Assembly (NCBI GenBank): GCA_030748215.1
Contig: JASMMK010000012.1
Coordinates: 159,873-183,872, forward strand
Length of the DNA stretch: 24,000 nucleotides
Direction of reading: 5' to 3'
From: Candidatus Scalindua sp.
Lineage (GTDB): Bacteria > Planctomycetota > Brocadiia > Brocadiales > Scalinduaceae
The notes below the pieces were generated by a model. It was given only the letters and a program-made list of their open reading frames with translations. It did not search any database and had not been told where the DNA came from. Position 1 is the first letter of the stretch; the number at the start of each line of letters is the position of its first letter. Positions 8,453 to 15,884 of the stretch are shown here, piece by piece. A program made the translations under genes and the position numbers.

Positions 8453-8833
8453 ATGCAAAAAGGGGGGATTTATACTCTCATTATAAAACTGTCGAAGAAG
8501 AAAGAGATCGAGATTGGTCGACTTGGTACATTTGTTTTTCCTAAAGGTTATTATGTGTACACAGGAAGTGCTCAAAATGGTCTTGAGAAGAGGATAAACA
8601 GGCACCTCTCAAATGAAAAGAAACTTCATTGGCATATTGATTATCTTTTGTGTTATGCGAAGGTTCTAAAGGTGATCAGATATGTTGGTAGAAAGGATGA
8701 GTGTGAATTAAACAGTGTGACAGGGCAAAGTGCCGGTGCTACTCAAATTGTGAAGAAGTTTGGATCTTCGGACTGTAATTGTGTAACACACCTTTATTAT
8801 TTTGAAAATATTCCAACACACTTTTCGGAATAG
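8453..8833 (+). CDS. DUF123 / GIY-YIG-superfamily (Uri-like) putative endonuclease
   Basis: Motifs are GIYTLIIKL...IGRLG...GYYVYTGSA...L..RI.RH, then HWHIDYLL and [15 protein letters not shown], the conserved blocks I recall for DUF123. The track ORF starts at 8366. I prefer the internal ATG at 8453 (MQKGGIYTL...) because family members start right at the GxY block. The start is uncertain. Confidence 0.75.
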   Translation: MQKGGIYTLIIKLSKKKEIEIGRLGTFVFPKGYYVYTGSAQNGLEKRINRHLSNEKKLHWHIDYLLCYAKVLKVIRYVGRKDECELNSVTGQSAGATQIVKKFGSSDCNCVTHLYYFENIPTHFSE

Positions 8834-8852
8834 TGTTGAATAAATACCTGTT

Positions 8853-9545
8853 TTAATCAAAAAGTTTGAACCTTACTATACAGTACAGAGCAACAACGCC
8901 ATCTTTCCATCCTATCTTCTTGCCTTCGTTGTAATCTCTTCCGCTGTATGAAATCGGCATCTCATATATTACACATTTTTTTTTAGCCAGTTTTGCCGTT
9001 ATTTCAGGTTCAAAGCCAAAGCGATTTGAGCGGATATTAATATCTTTTATTATTTCTGTTTTAAAGACCTTATAGCATGTTTCCATATCTGTCAGGATCA
9101 GATTTGTCAACATATTTGATAGCGTAGTCAATACTTTGTTGCCAATGTAGTGCCAGAAGAATGATACTCTATGTGGCCCGCCCAGGAAACGAGAGCCGTA
9201 TACGACATCAGCCCTTCCATCCACGATTGGCTCAATCAGGTTTGAGTATTCGTTGGGATTATATTCCAGATCTGCGTCCTGGATTATAACGATATCTCCC
9301 GTAGCATGTTGAAACCCGGTTCTTAGTGAGGCGCCCTTGCCCTTGTTCTTTTCATGAAACAGCTTTTTAATGTTATTCCCACTTATTTTGTCTATTTTGT
9401 CTCTTGTTCCATCGCTTGAACAGTCATCTACTATGATTATTTCCTTTTCAAATTCGACATTTTGCACCCTTTTTACGATTTCATCAATAGTGTCCTTTTC
9501 GTTATACACAGGAATAACTATTGATAGTTTAGGTTTGTTTTGCAT
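8853..9545 (-). CDS. Family 2 glycosyltransferase (polyprenol-phosphate sugar transferase-like)
   Basis: 230 aa. Motifs are [22 protein letters not shown] and IIQDADLEY (DxD). Confidence 0.85.
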   Translation of the reverse strand: MQNKPKLSIVIPVYNEKDTIDEIVKRVQNVEFEKEIIIVDDCSSDGTRDKIDKISGNNIKKLFHEKNKGKGASLRTGFQHATGDIVIIQDADLEYNPNEYSNLIEPIVDGRADVVYGSRFLGGPHRVSFFWHYIGNKVLTTLSNMLTNLILTDMETCYKVFKTEIIKDINIRSNRFGFEPEITAKLAKKKCVIYEMPISYSGRDYNEGKKIGWKDGVVALYCIVRFKLFD

Positions 9546-9560
9546 TGTGATATCCAGAAA

Positions 9561-9594
9561 TTTTGCTTTAAGTTGGGGTAAGCTTAAAGCAAAA
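9561..9594. repeat. Perfect 12-bp inverted repeat (operator or 5'-UTR hairpin) just upstream of the GT2 start
   Basis: TTTTGCTTTAAG (9561-9572), a 10-nt loop, then CTTAAAGCAAAA (9583-9594). The nearer arm lies 16 nt from the GT2 ATG (9545, minus strand). Confidence 0.45.
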
Positions 9595-9737
9595 TAGAGT
9601 ATATTGTCAATGAAATAAATCCGGGAGATGGTATTGCCGGATCTTTACAAAAGCCTTGAATATAAAAGGTGTTTTTGATACCATTTTACATCATTATAGT
9701 TAAGGTATAGGTAAACTAGCCTTCAGAAGGATTCTAA

Positions 9738-10475
9738 ATGATGATGATTATTAAGGTATTTTATACTGTGTATGCGTGGATTGTAAATGTTGCACTATGG
9801 TCTAGTGGCTATGTTGTCTCTATAGTCTCTACAATCGGTATTAAAGACAAAGAGAATAAATACAACTCTATAGAAAGAAAATTTACTCAGATTTCCTTTA
9901 GGCTTTTGGGAATTAACTTTGATGTCAAAGGTCTTGAAAATATTCCTGAAAATGAGCCAGTGATATTTGTCTCGAATCATCAGAGTTTTATAGACGTAAA
10001 GCTCTCAATAGCCGCTATTCCCAGAAATTTCAGCTTTATCTCTAAGGATATCCTTTTCAAAATACCATTACTTGGGAAATATATGAGAACTTCAGGCCAT
10101 ATTGGTATTCGTAGAAGTGACGAGAGGAATGCTTACGGAACATTGAATGAAGTTATAAAGAAACTTGATGGCGGTAAATCAATAATCTTCTTCCCTGAAG
10201 GCACAAGAAGTGAAAATGGAGAGCTTGGAAAGTTTAAGAGGGGCATTTCAATGGTTATCCTGAAGTCAGGTAGAAGAGTAATTCCAACGGCCATTATGGG
10301 GAGTAGAGGGTATCTGCCGAAAAGCAGTATTCTTAGTAACCCCGGTTACAGGGACATCGGTTTTAGATTTGGTAAACCGATTGAGTTTCCGAAGGTTGAT
10401 AAAGAAGATAGGGAATTATCAATGGATGTTGTGGTAAAAGTAAGATCTGAAGTCTCAAAACTGCTTTATAATTGA
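9738..10475 (+). CDS. plsC: 1-acyl-sn-glycerol-3-phosphate acyltransferase
   Basis: 245 aa. An N-terminal TM segment is followed by NHQSFID (the HX4D acyltransferase motif) and FFPEGTRS. Confidence 0.85.
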   Translation: MMMIIKVFYTVYAWIVNVALWSSGYVVSIVSTIGIKDKENKYNSIERKFTQISFRLLGINFDVKGLENIPENEPVIFVSNHQSFIDVKLSIAAIPRNFSFISKDILFKIPLLGKYMRTSGHIGIRRSDERNAYGTLNEVIKKLDGGKSIIFFPEGTRSENGELGKFKRGISMVILKSGRRVIPTAIMGSRGYLPKSSILSNPGYRDIGFRFGKPIEFPKVDKEDRELSMDVVVKVRSEVSKLLYN

Positions 10476-10485
10476 TGGGAAACAA

Positions 10486-10761
10486 ATGAGTACTCAACAA
10501 ATAGCACTGTTTGTCGCCGCTGCAGTATCTATATGGGTATATATGGATGCGAAAAAGAATAACTACAGCACGCCAATGTCTATTGGATGGATGTTAGGCG
10601 TTTTCATGCTTATGATTGTATTTCTACCTTTTTACTTAATTGTTAAAGCAAAGCGAGCGAAACGTCCGGTAATGTCAACTGCCTGCGAACATTGCAGTAA
10701 GGTCTATTTCGGTAGTCCAAACTACTGTCCGCACTGCGGGCACCTGGTTCGCAAAGTATAG
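10486..10761 (+). CDS. Small two-TM membrane protein with C-terminal zinc ribbon
   Basis: 91 aa. Two hydrophobic helices (IALFVAAAVSIWVY, WMLGVFMLMIVFLPFYLIV) are followed by CEHC...x12...CPHCG. It lies 10 nt after plsC and 14 nt before yqeY, so it is probably co-transcribed. Confidence 0.6.
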   Translation: MSTQQIALFVAAAVSIWVYMDAKKNNYSTPMSIGWMLGVFMLMIVFLPFYLIVKAKRAKRPVMSTACEHCSKVYFGSPNYCPHCGHLVRKV

Positions 10762-10775
10762 TACACAAAGGGATT

Positions 10776-11201
10776 ATGATGAAAGAGAGAATAGCAGACG
10801 AGATAAAAAATGCAATGAAGTCTGGCGATAAGTTGAGGGTCTCAGTATTGCGGATGTTGCAGGCCGATATCATAAATGTTGAAAAGTCCGGTAAAGAATT
10901 CAAGCAGATTGATGTTATAAGAGGATATGCAAAGAAGCTGAAAAAAGCCATTGAAGAGTACGAGCGTTTAAATCTTCAAGATAAGATAATATCTTTTAAT
11001 GAAGAGCTGAAGATAGTTGAAGAATTTCTGCCAAAGCAGATGTCAGATGAAGAACTCAAAAAGGTAGTAATCGAACTATTGGATTCAGAAAAACCTGCAG
11101 ATATGGGAATGGCAATGAAGCTTGTTATGGGTAAATATAAAGAGGTTGCAGATGGTAAAAAAGTTCAGGCTTTGGTAAAGGAAGTATTTTCAAAAGGGTA
11201 G
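10776..11201 (+). CDS. yqeY: GatB/YqeY domain protein
   Basis: 141 aa. IADEIKNAMKSGDKLRVSVLRMLQADI and LPKQMSDEEL...MGMAMKLVMGK match the YqeY family pattern. Confidence 0.8.
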   Translation: MMKERIADEIKNAMKSGDKLRVSVLRMLQADIINVEKSGKEFKQIDVIRGYAKKLKKAIEEYERLNLQDKIISFNEELKIVEEFLPKQMSDEELKKVVIELLDSEKPADMGMAMKLVMGKYKEVADGKKVQALVKEVFSKG

Positions 11202-12085
11202 TACTGCATTCCGTCAAAAAGATCATCCGATAAATTCTTCCAGTAGCATGGAGAGCATGCCGTTGTCGTAAAATTTCTATCTACTCGCATCATATTTTTA
11301 GTGTTCCGGTAAAGGTAGTTGTTTTAATATATTTTTTTCTTTTTTGAGTTTTTATTGCAAAAATTACTTTTTTAAATAAAAAAATAATTTTTTTTTATGC
11401 TTCATTATTTCCGAAATCTCCTCTTTTCTGCATTTCTATTTCTCCCATATCTGTTGCGTTATTCAAAAACTGTTTGCCGTGCGTTACTGGCATAAAATGA
11501 TTTCTATTTGTTTGTGATGTCCGTCATCCTCCATCACTATGTGATGGGGTAGTGGTCTAGGGGGCTGGTCATGTTGCACAAGGTTTTTGTTAATTGCACA
11601 TGAATGGATTTGTCGGTTATGGCGGCAGTGGCGTTGGGGGAATCAATTTTGTTTCTGCCTTCTGTGCTAAAAGGTGTCGTATGGACAGGGAGGCCTGTCC
11701 TTGATAAGGTTGTGTGTTTTCGGCTTCTAAAGCCTCCCAGATGAATGACTGCTTCAGGTTGCTCAAGATCGCTCGTCGCATTTCTGCAAGGGAGAGTATG
11801 AAGTGGATTTTAAGTTTGGTGTGGTTTTGTGTGATATGTTTTCTGAGTTATTGGTAGGTCATGGTGCTGTAGAATTCAGTATTAATGGATATGGTACTTT
11901 AAACAAATTCTCACTATTTGTTTTTTTAATTTTTTCATTTGCTGCTGTTTTTTTATTCAGCGAGATTTCTTGAAATGGGATTTCCTTGTTTTTTCGCATT
12001 AATTCGATACTGCTGAAGTGTAATATTGCAACACAAGATATGCACCCAAATTTTGTGTAATATACAAAATGTAGCATTTTTTTGC

Positions 12086-12113
12086 TTGACAATATATTGT
12101 GATTTGTTAGACT
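12086..12113 (+). promoter_or_regulatory. Candidate strong sigma-70 promoter for the histone-like gene
   Basis: Consensus TTGACA (12086-12091), a 16-nt spacer, then TAGACT (12108-12113). This leaves a leader of about 130 nt before the ATG at 12248. Confidence 0.45.
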
Positions 12114-12247
12114 ACGCGCGCAGTTGGCGTCAAAGCCAAAATATCATTCGATTTTCTGGCTGATTAAGTGGTCAGGGAGTGCCTGGCAGTTTTTACTGTG
12201 TGATTGTTTTTTTAATTTATATTTTAGGATTAGAGAGGGGGTGGAAA

Positions 12248-12514
12248 ATGGCAGTAAAAAAAGCAAAAGCTAAAAAGAAACCGGCAGCAAAGAAGAAGGT
12301 AGCGACTAAAAAGAAACCTGCAGCAAAGAAGAAGGTAGCGGCTAAAAAGAAACCTGCAAAGAAGAAGGTGGCGGCTAAAAAGAAACCGGCAGCAAAGAAG
12401 AAGGTAGCGGCTAAAAAGAAACCGGCAGCAAAGAAGAAGGTAGCGGCTAAAAAGAAACCGGCAGCAAAGAAGAAGGTAGCGGCGAAGAAGAAGCCGGCAG
12501 CCAGGAGAAGATAA
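12248..12514 (+). CDS. Histone H1-like Lys/Ala/Pro-repeat nucleoid-associated protein
   Basis: 88 aa from ATG 12248, preceded by GAGAGGGGGTGG. The sequence is MAVKKAKAKKKPAAKKKVA(T/A)KKKPAAKKKVAA...RRR. The track's GTG start at 12179 adds a hydrophobic N-terminus that I consider spurious. Confidence 0.75.
   Translation: MAVKKAKAKKKPAAKKKVATKKKPAAKKKVAAKKKPAKKKVAAKKKPAAKKKVAAKKKPAAKKKVAAKKKPAAKKKVAAKKKPAARRR
12269..12481 (+). repeat. In-frame tandem repeat, about 6 copies of a 36-nt unit (AKKKPAAKKKVA)
   Basis: Units start at 12269, 12305, 12341 (33 nt, one Ala codon missing), 12374, 12410 and 12446. Four units are identical 36-mers (gctaaaaagaaaccggcagcaaagaagaaggtagcg). A degenerate seventh unit runs to about 12511. 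Confidence 0.9.
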
Positions 12515-12551
12515 GCACTAGAAGGAATCTTTTAAAATTTTAGGAGGTATT

Positions 12552-12752
12552 GTGAAGTATATTTACACGTCGCCAGATTGTCCAAAGTGTGACGCATTAA
12601 AGGAACGCTATAAAACGCAGAATACAGAATATGTTGAGAGAGACGCGGATAGGCTTAAAAATCCGGCGCACGATCGAGACGATATAGATGTAGAGGCGTT
12701 TGTACAGCTTTCAATGCAAAACATGGTTTTGCCAGTAGAAGTAGATAAATAG
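12552..12752 (+). CDS. Small glutaredoxin/NrdH-like thioredoxin-fold protein (CPKC motif)
   Basis: 66 aa. The GTG start is preceded by AGGAGG with a 5-nt spacing. YTSPDCPKCDALK is a CxxC motif in the usual beta1-alpha1 position. Confidence 0.5.
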   Translation: MKYIYTSPDCPKCDALKERYKTQNTEYVERDADRLKNPAHDRDDIDVEAFVQLSMQNMVLPVEVDK

Positions 12753-12823
12753 AAAAGATGCCCACCTATTTTTAAGAAATTCTATTAAGATTGCTTTTGG
12801 GAATAATATAGGCGCGTTGGTGG

Positions 12824-13888
12824 CTACAGTATTAGCATGCAGTCTCCATAGCTATAGAATCTATAGTCGAGGCTTATAGCTTCTTCGTAAGAAGACGCGA
12901 TATTTTCCCGTCCTGCAAAAGCAGATGCAAGTAGAATTAGCGTTGATCTCTGCAAATGGAAGTTTGTTATTAATGAGTCAGTGAGTTTAAACTTGTATGG
13001 TGGATATATGAACAGATTGGTCCTCCCTGAACTTTTTTCTGTTGTATAATTGCTAGCTATTGTTTCCAGGACTCTACATGTTGATGTTCCAGTGGCAAAA
13101 ATTTTCTTCCCAAGTGATTTTGCTTTATTAATCGTATCGACAGCTTCTTCAGGAATATTATAAAACTCTTTGTGTATGTTATGTTGCCTAAAATCTTCTT
13201 TATGTATGGGTTTGAATGTTCCTAAGCCAACATGTAAAGTTATGTAAACTATCTTAATTCCTTTGCGAGATATTTCTTGCAGAAGATTTGTTGTAAAGTG
13301 CAGACCAGCGGTGGGAGCAGCAATTGCTCCCATTTTTTTTGCATAAATTGTTTGATAACGTTCATTATCGTGTATTCCATGTGACTCGTCACTTGAGGCT
13401 CTCTTTATATATGGCGGAAGTGGCATACGTCCGGACTTTTCAATCATTTCTGCAAACTGTTTTTTGTCCTCAACTGCAATAATCCAGCTTCCAGCGTCAT
13501 TTCGGTATAAAATCTGCCCTTTTACGCTATTATCAAAAGTAAGGAGCTCATTTTCCTTTAGCCTGTGGTTTGATTGTAACAGTACTTCCCATCTGTTTTC
13601 CTCAATTTCCCTTATTATAAGACCTTCCACTTTGCCGCCGGTTGTTCTGGTACCTAATATCCTCGCAGGAGCTACTTTCGTGTCATTCAGGACTAAAACA
13701 TCTCCGCAATTTAAATATTCAACAATTTCATAGAATTTTCTGTGCTCAATTTTAGAGCTTTCTTTATGAAGAATAAGCAGGCGTGATTCATCTCTTTTAT
13801 CAGTTGGATATTGTGCAATGAGATGCTTCGGAAGATCATAATCGTAGTCGCTGATTTTATAGGAAGCCGTATTCATAAATTTTTTCAC
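12824..13888 (-). CDS. queA: S-adenosylmethionine:tRNA ribosyltransferase-isomerase
   Basis: 354 aa. YDYDLPKHLIAQYPTDKRDESRLLIL, GRMPLPPYIKR and AAPTAGLHFT are classical QueA blocks. Confidence 0.95.
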   Translation of the reverse strand: MKKFMNTASYKISDYDYDLPKHLIAQYPTDKRDESRLLILHKESSKIEHRKFYEIVEYLNCGDVLVLNDTKVAPARILGTRTTGGKVEGLIIREIEENRWEVLLQSNHRLKENELLTFDNSVKGQILYRNDAGSWIIAVEDKKQFAEMIEKSGRMPLPPYIKRASSDESHGIHDNERYQTIYAKKMGAIAAPTAGLHFTTNLLQEISRKGIKIVYITLHVGLGTFKPIHKEDFRQHNIHKEFYNIPEEAVDTINKAKSLGKKIFATGTSTCRVLETIASNYTTEKSSGRTNLFIYPPYKFKLTDSLITNFHLQRSTLILLASAFAGRENIASSYEEAISLDYRFYSYGDCMLIL

Positions 13889-14023
13889 TTAAAAATAGTC
13901 CTTCAGAATAAAAATTTCTTTATTTGTTATACAACATATTGATGTTTTTTTCAAACAAACATTAAATGTAGCAAGTAGTGAGAGAATCTGAAGTTAAATA
14001 AAAAAATAATATCAAAAAAATAC

Positions 14024-14085
14024 TTGACAATGGTGAGAAATGGTGTATTTTCCACCTAAATGGTGGATTGTGGGTAGGGATGGGG
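14024..14085 (+). promoter_or_regulatory. dcw-cluster promoter with 10-bp-phased TGG(T/G)N pentamers (candidate MraZ operator)
   Basis: TTGACA at 14024-14029 is preceded by a long A-tract (UP-like), and a possible -10 TATTTT lies at 14046-14051. Pentamers are TGGTG at 14031, 14041 and 14061, TGGGT at 14071 and TGGGG at 14081. The 14051 slot holds the inverted CCACC (14052-14056). Confidence 0.5.
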
Positions 14086-14094
14086 AATTTAATT

Positions 14095-14556
14095 ATGGCC
14101 ATATTTACAGGAACATATCAACACACTATTGACGAAAAGAATCGATTAGCCATACCTTCATCGATACGAAAATGTATGGATGAAGATACAGAGGGTAATG
14201 GGTTTTTTGTAACACCGGGCTTGGATAAGTGCCTTGCGCTTTACACACCACTTCATTTCAAAGCAATTTCAGAAAAATACAACGAACAAGCATCTACAAA
14301 TAGAAAAGCGCGGAATTTCCAGCGCCATTTCTTTTCATATACAAAAAAGGTTGACTGTGACAAACAGGGAAGAATTAGCGTAGAGCCGAAACATATAGAC
14401 TATGCTGGCCTTAAAAAGGAAGTCATCATTGTTGGGGTAATGGACAGGATAGAGATATGGGATAAGAAATCATGGGATGAAGCTGAAGCAGGTAACAGTG
14501 AGAGTTATGAGAATGACGCGGAGGATCTATTTCGTTTGGGATCTGTCCCGAGTTAG
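14095..14556 (+). CDS. mraZ: Transcriptional regulator MraZ
   Basis: MAIFTGTYQHTIDEKNRLAIPS carries the first DxxxR motif and CDKQGRISVEP the second. I prefer ATG 14095 over the track's TTG start at 14068 because MraZ proteins start at MF.G. Confidence 0.9.
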   Translation: MAIFTGTYQHTIDEKNRLAIPSSIRKCMDEDTEGNGFFVTPGLDKCLALYTPLHFKAISEKYNEQASTNRKARNFQRHFFSYTKKVDCDKQGRISVEPKHIDYAGLKKEVIIVGVMDRIEIWDKKSWDEAEAGNSESYENDAEDLFRLGSVPS

Positions 14557-14609
14557 TGATGGTATAAAACAGTTTTACAGGATTCATGTAATGAAAAAAG
14601 TGCTGATCA

Positions 14610-15536
14610 ATGAATGCTCCTGATGATGACCTTTCACCGCATAAACCTGTTATGCTTGATGAGGTTATAAATTTCATTAAGCCGGGTAAAGGCGACATCA
14701 TAGTTGATGCAACAATTGGTGCTGGAGGACATAGTTGTGAGATATTAAAGAGGATACAGCCAGATGGGCTTCTTATTGGAATAGATAAGGACGCCGAGAT
14801 ACTGAAGATGGCAGATAGGTTTTTGTCAAAAATAAGTGATAACTATAAATTGTATCAAGCTGACTTCGCAGATTTAGGTTGTGTACTTGAAAAGTTAAAG
14901 ATTAGTAAGGTCAATGGTATTTTGCTTGACCTCGGAGTTTCTTCGCTGCAATTGGATTCTCAGGACCGTGGATTTAGTTTTAACAAAGAAGGGCCTTTAG
15001 ATATGAGAATGGATAGAACAGAGGGTATAACTGCTGAAGATTTGCTAAAAAGGCTTTCTGAAAGAGAAATGGCAGATGTCTTCTGGAAATACGGTGAAGA
15101 GAGAAAATCCAGACGTGTTGCAAGGGCAATCAAGCATGAGCAAAAAAAGGGAGTATCTATAAACACAACGACACAATTGGCAAAAATCGCAGAAAAAGCA
15201 TTATACGTACCAGGCAAGTATTCAAAGAAAAGAAAGATTCATCCAGCAACTCGCATATTTCAGGCATTACGAATAGTTGTAAATGATGAGTTAAAAAGTC
15301 TGGAACAATTTTTAAATGATGCATGTGGATTTCTGGCTGGTGGTTCAAGGATTGTAGTAATGTCATTTCATTCTCTTGAGGATCGTTTGGTCAAGAGGGC
15401 TTTCTGTGAGGGGAAAAATGCGGCTCTCCTGGAGATTCTGACAAAAAAACCTCTAATTTCTTGTGATTCAGAGATCAGAGAGAATGTCAGATCCAGGAGT
15501 GCTAAACTTCGAGCAGCAGAAAGGACATATTTATGA
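14610..15536 (+). CDS. rsmH: 16S rRNA (cytosine1402-N4)-methyltransferase
   Basis: 308 aa. Motifs are HKPVMLDEV, DATIGAGGHS, LLDLGVSSLQLD, GPLDMRMD and SFHSLEDR. Confidence 0.95.
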   Translation: MNAPDDDLSPHKPVMLDEVINFIKPGKGDIIVDATIGAGGHSCEILKRIQPDGLLIGIDKDAEILKMADRFLSKISDNYKLYQADFADLGCVLEKLKISKVNGILLDLGVSSLQLDSQDRGFSFNKEGPLDMRMDRTEGITAEDLLKRLSEREMADVFWKYGEERKSRRVARAIKHEQKKGVSINTTTQLAKIAEKALYVPGKYSKKRKIHPATRIFQALRIVVNDELKSLEQFLNDACGFLAGGSRIVVMSFHSLEDRLVKRAFCEGKNAALLEILTKKPLISCDSEIRENVRSRSAKLRAAERTYL

Positions 15537-15844
15537 AAGTGTGCAGATACGGTTGTATTCTTGTCGTTCTTTTAATTATGGCAATCTTTACTATGACTGA
15601 AGGTTCAAGGAAAATTCAGATAGGTTACGATATCACGAAAATGGAGAATGAACTGGTGAGGTTGTCGGAGGAGAGCAAAAGGCTAAAATTCAAATCAGAC
15701 AAGTTGAGAAAACCGGACAAGATATCTATGAAGGTAAAAGATATGAAACTTGATCTGAGCGTTCAGGAAGATGAGGATATTGCAGTTGCAAAAGAATCTC
15801 ATAAACATTTGGATAAGGCACCGGGAAGCAAAATAGAAGCTTGA
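15533..15844 (+). CDS. ftsL: FtsL-like cell division protein (single TM + coiled coil)
   Basis: 103 aa. Its ATGA start overlaps the rsmH stop. TM segment CILVVLLIMAIFTMT is followed by a heptad-like region (ITKMENELVRLSEESKRLKFKSDKL). It occupies the canonical ftsL slot. The call rests on position and architecture, not sequence identity. Confidence 0.55.
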   Translation: MKVCRYGCILVVLLIMAIFTMTEGSRKIQIGYDITKMENELVRLSEESKRLKFKSDKLRKPDKISMKVKDMKLDLSVQEDEDIAVAKESHKHLDKAPGSKIEA

Positions 15845-15884
15845 GTTTTTCTACTTTCAAACTACTAAGTTGTAAAATAAAAGA

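Noticed and set aside
11558-11580. GGGGGCTGGTC resembles the GGGGCUGA 5' end of tmRNA.
   Set aside because: There is no tRNA-like 3' end (GGTTCGAATCC...CCA), no alanine-rich tag reading frame, and no matching acceptor-stem complement downstream.
11739-11751. The 13-mer AGATGAATGACTG is identical to a conserved stretch I recall near the 3' end of E. coli RNase P RNA (..CCUAGAUGAAUGACUGUCC..), which raised the idea that the non-coding block is rnpB.
   Set aside because: The other universally conserved RNase P blocks are absent from both strands of 11200-12200: GAGGAAAGUCCGGGC near the 5' end and ACAGAA.CCGGCUUA just downstream of this motif. An isolated 13-mer is not enough. An Infernal scan would settle it.
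11859-12092. 77-aa minus-strand ORF from the track (MSSKKMLHFVYYTKFGCISC...).
   Set aside because: It has a non-ATG start and no SD, a low-complexity AT-driven composition, and no recognisable domain. It also overlaps the predicted promoter of the histone-like gene. It is treated as part of the unexplained non-coding block rather than as a gene.
12179-12247. N-terminal extensions implied by the track's first in-frame start codons: 12179 for the histone-like gene, 14068 for mraZ, 8366 for DUF123 and 19574 for the peptidase.
   Set aside because: The extensions use GTG/TTG or SD-less starts and add residues not seen in the respective families, and two of them overlap promoter or operator sequence. 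The internal ATGs fit the family N-termini better (12248 and 19589 are also the ones with SD-like sequence upstream). The true starts remain somewhat uncertain.
12269-12511. Regularly spaced 36-nt direct repeats, which could superficially suggest a CRISPR array.
   Set aside because: The repeats are contiguous with no spacers, lie in-frame inside an ORF encoding the Lys/Ala/Pro repeat protein, and have no cas genes nearby.
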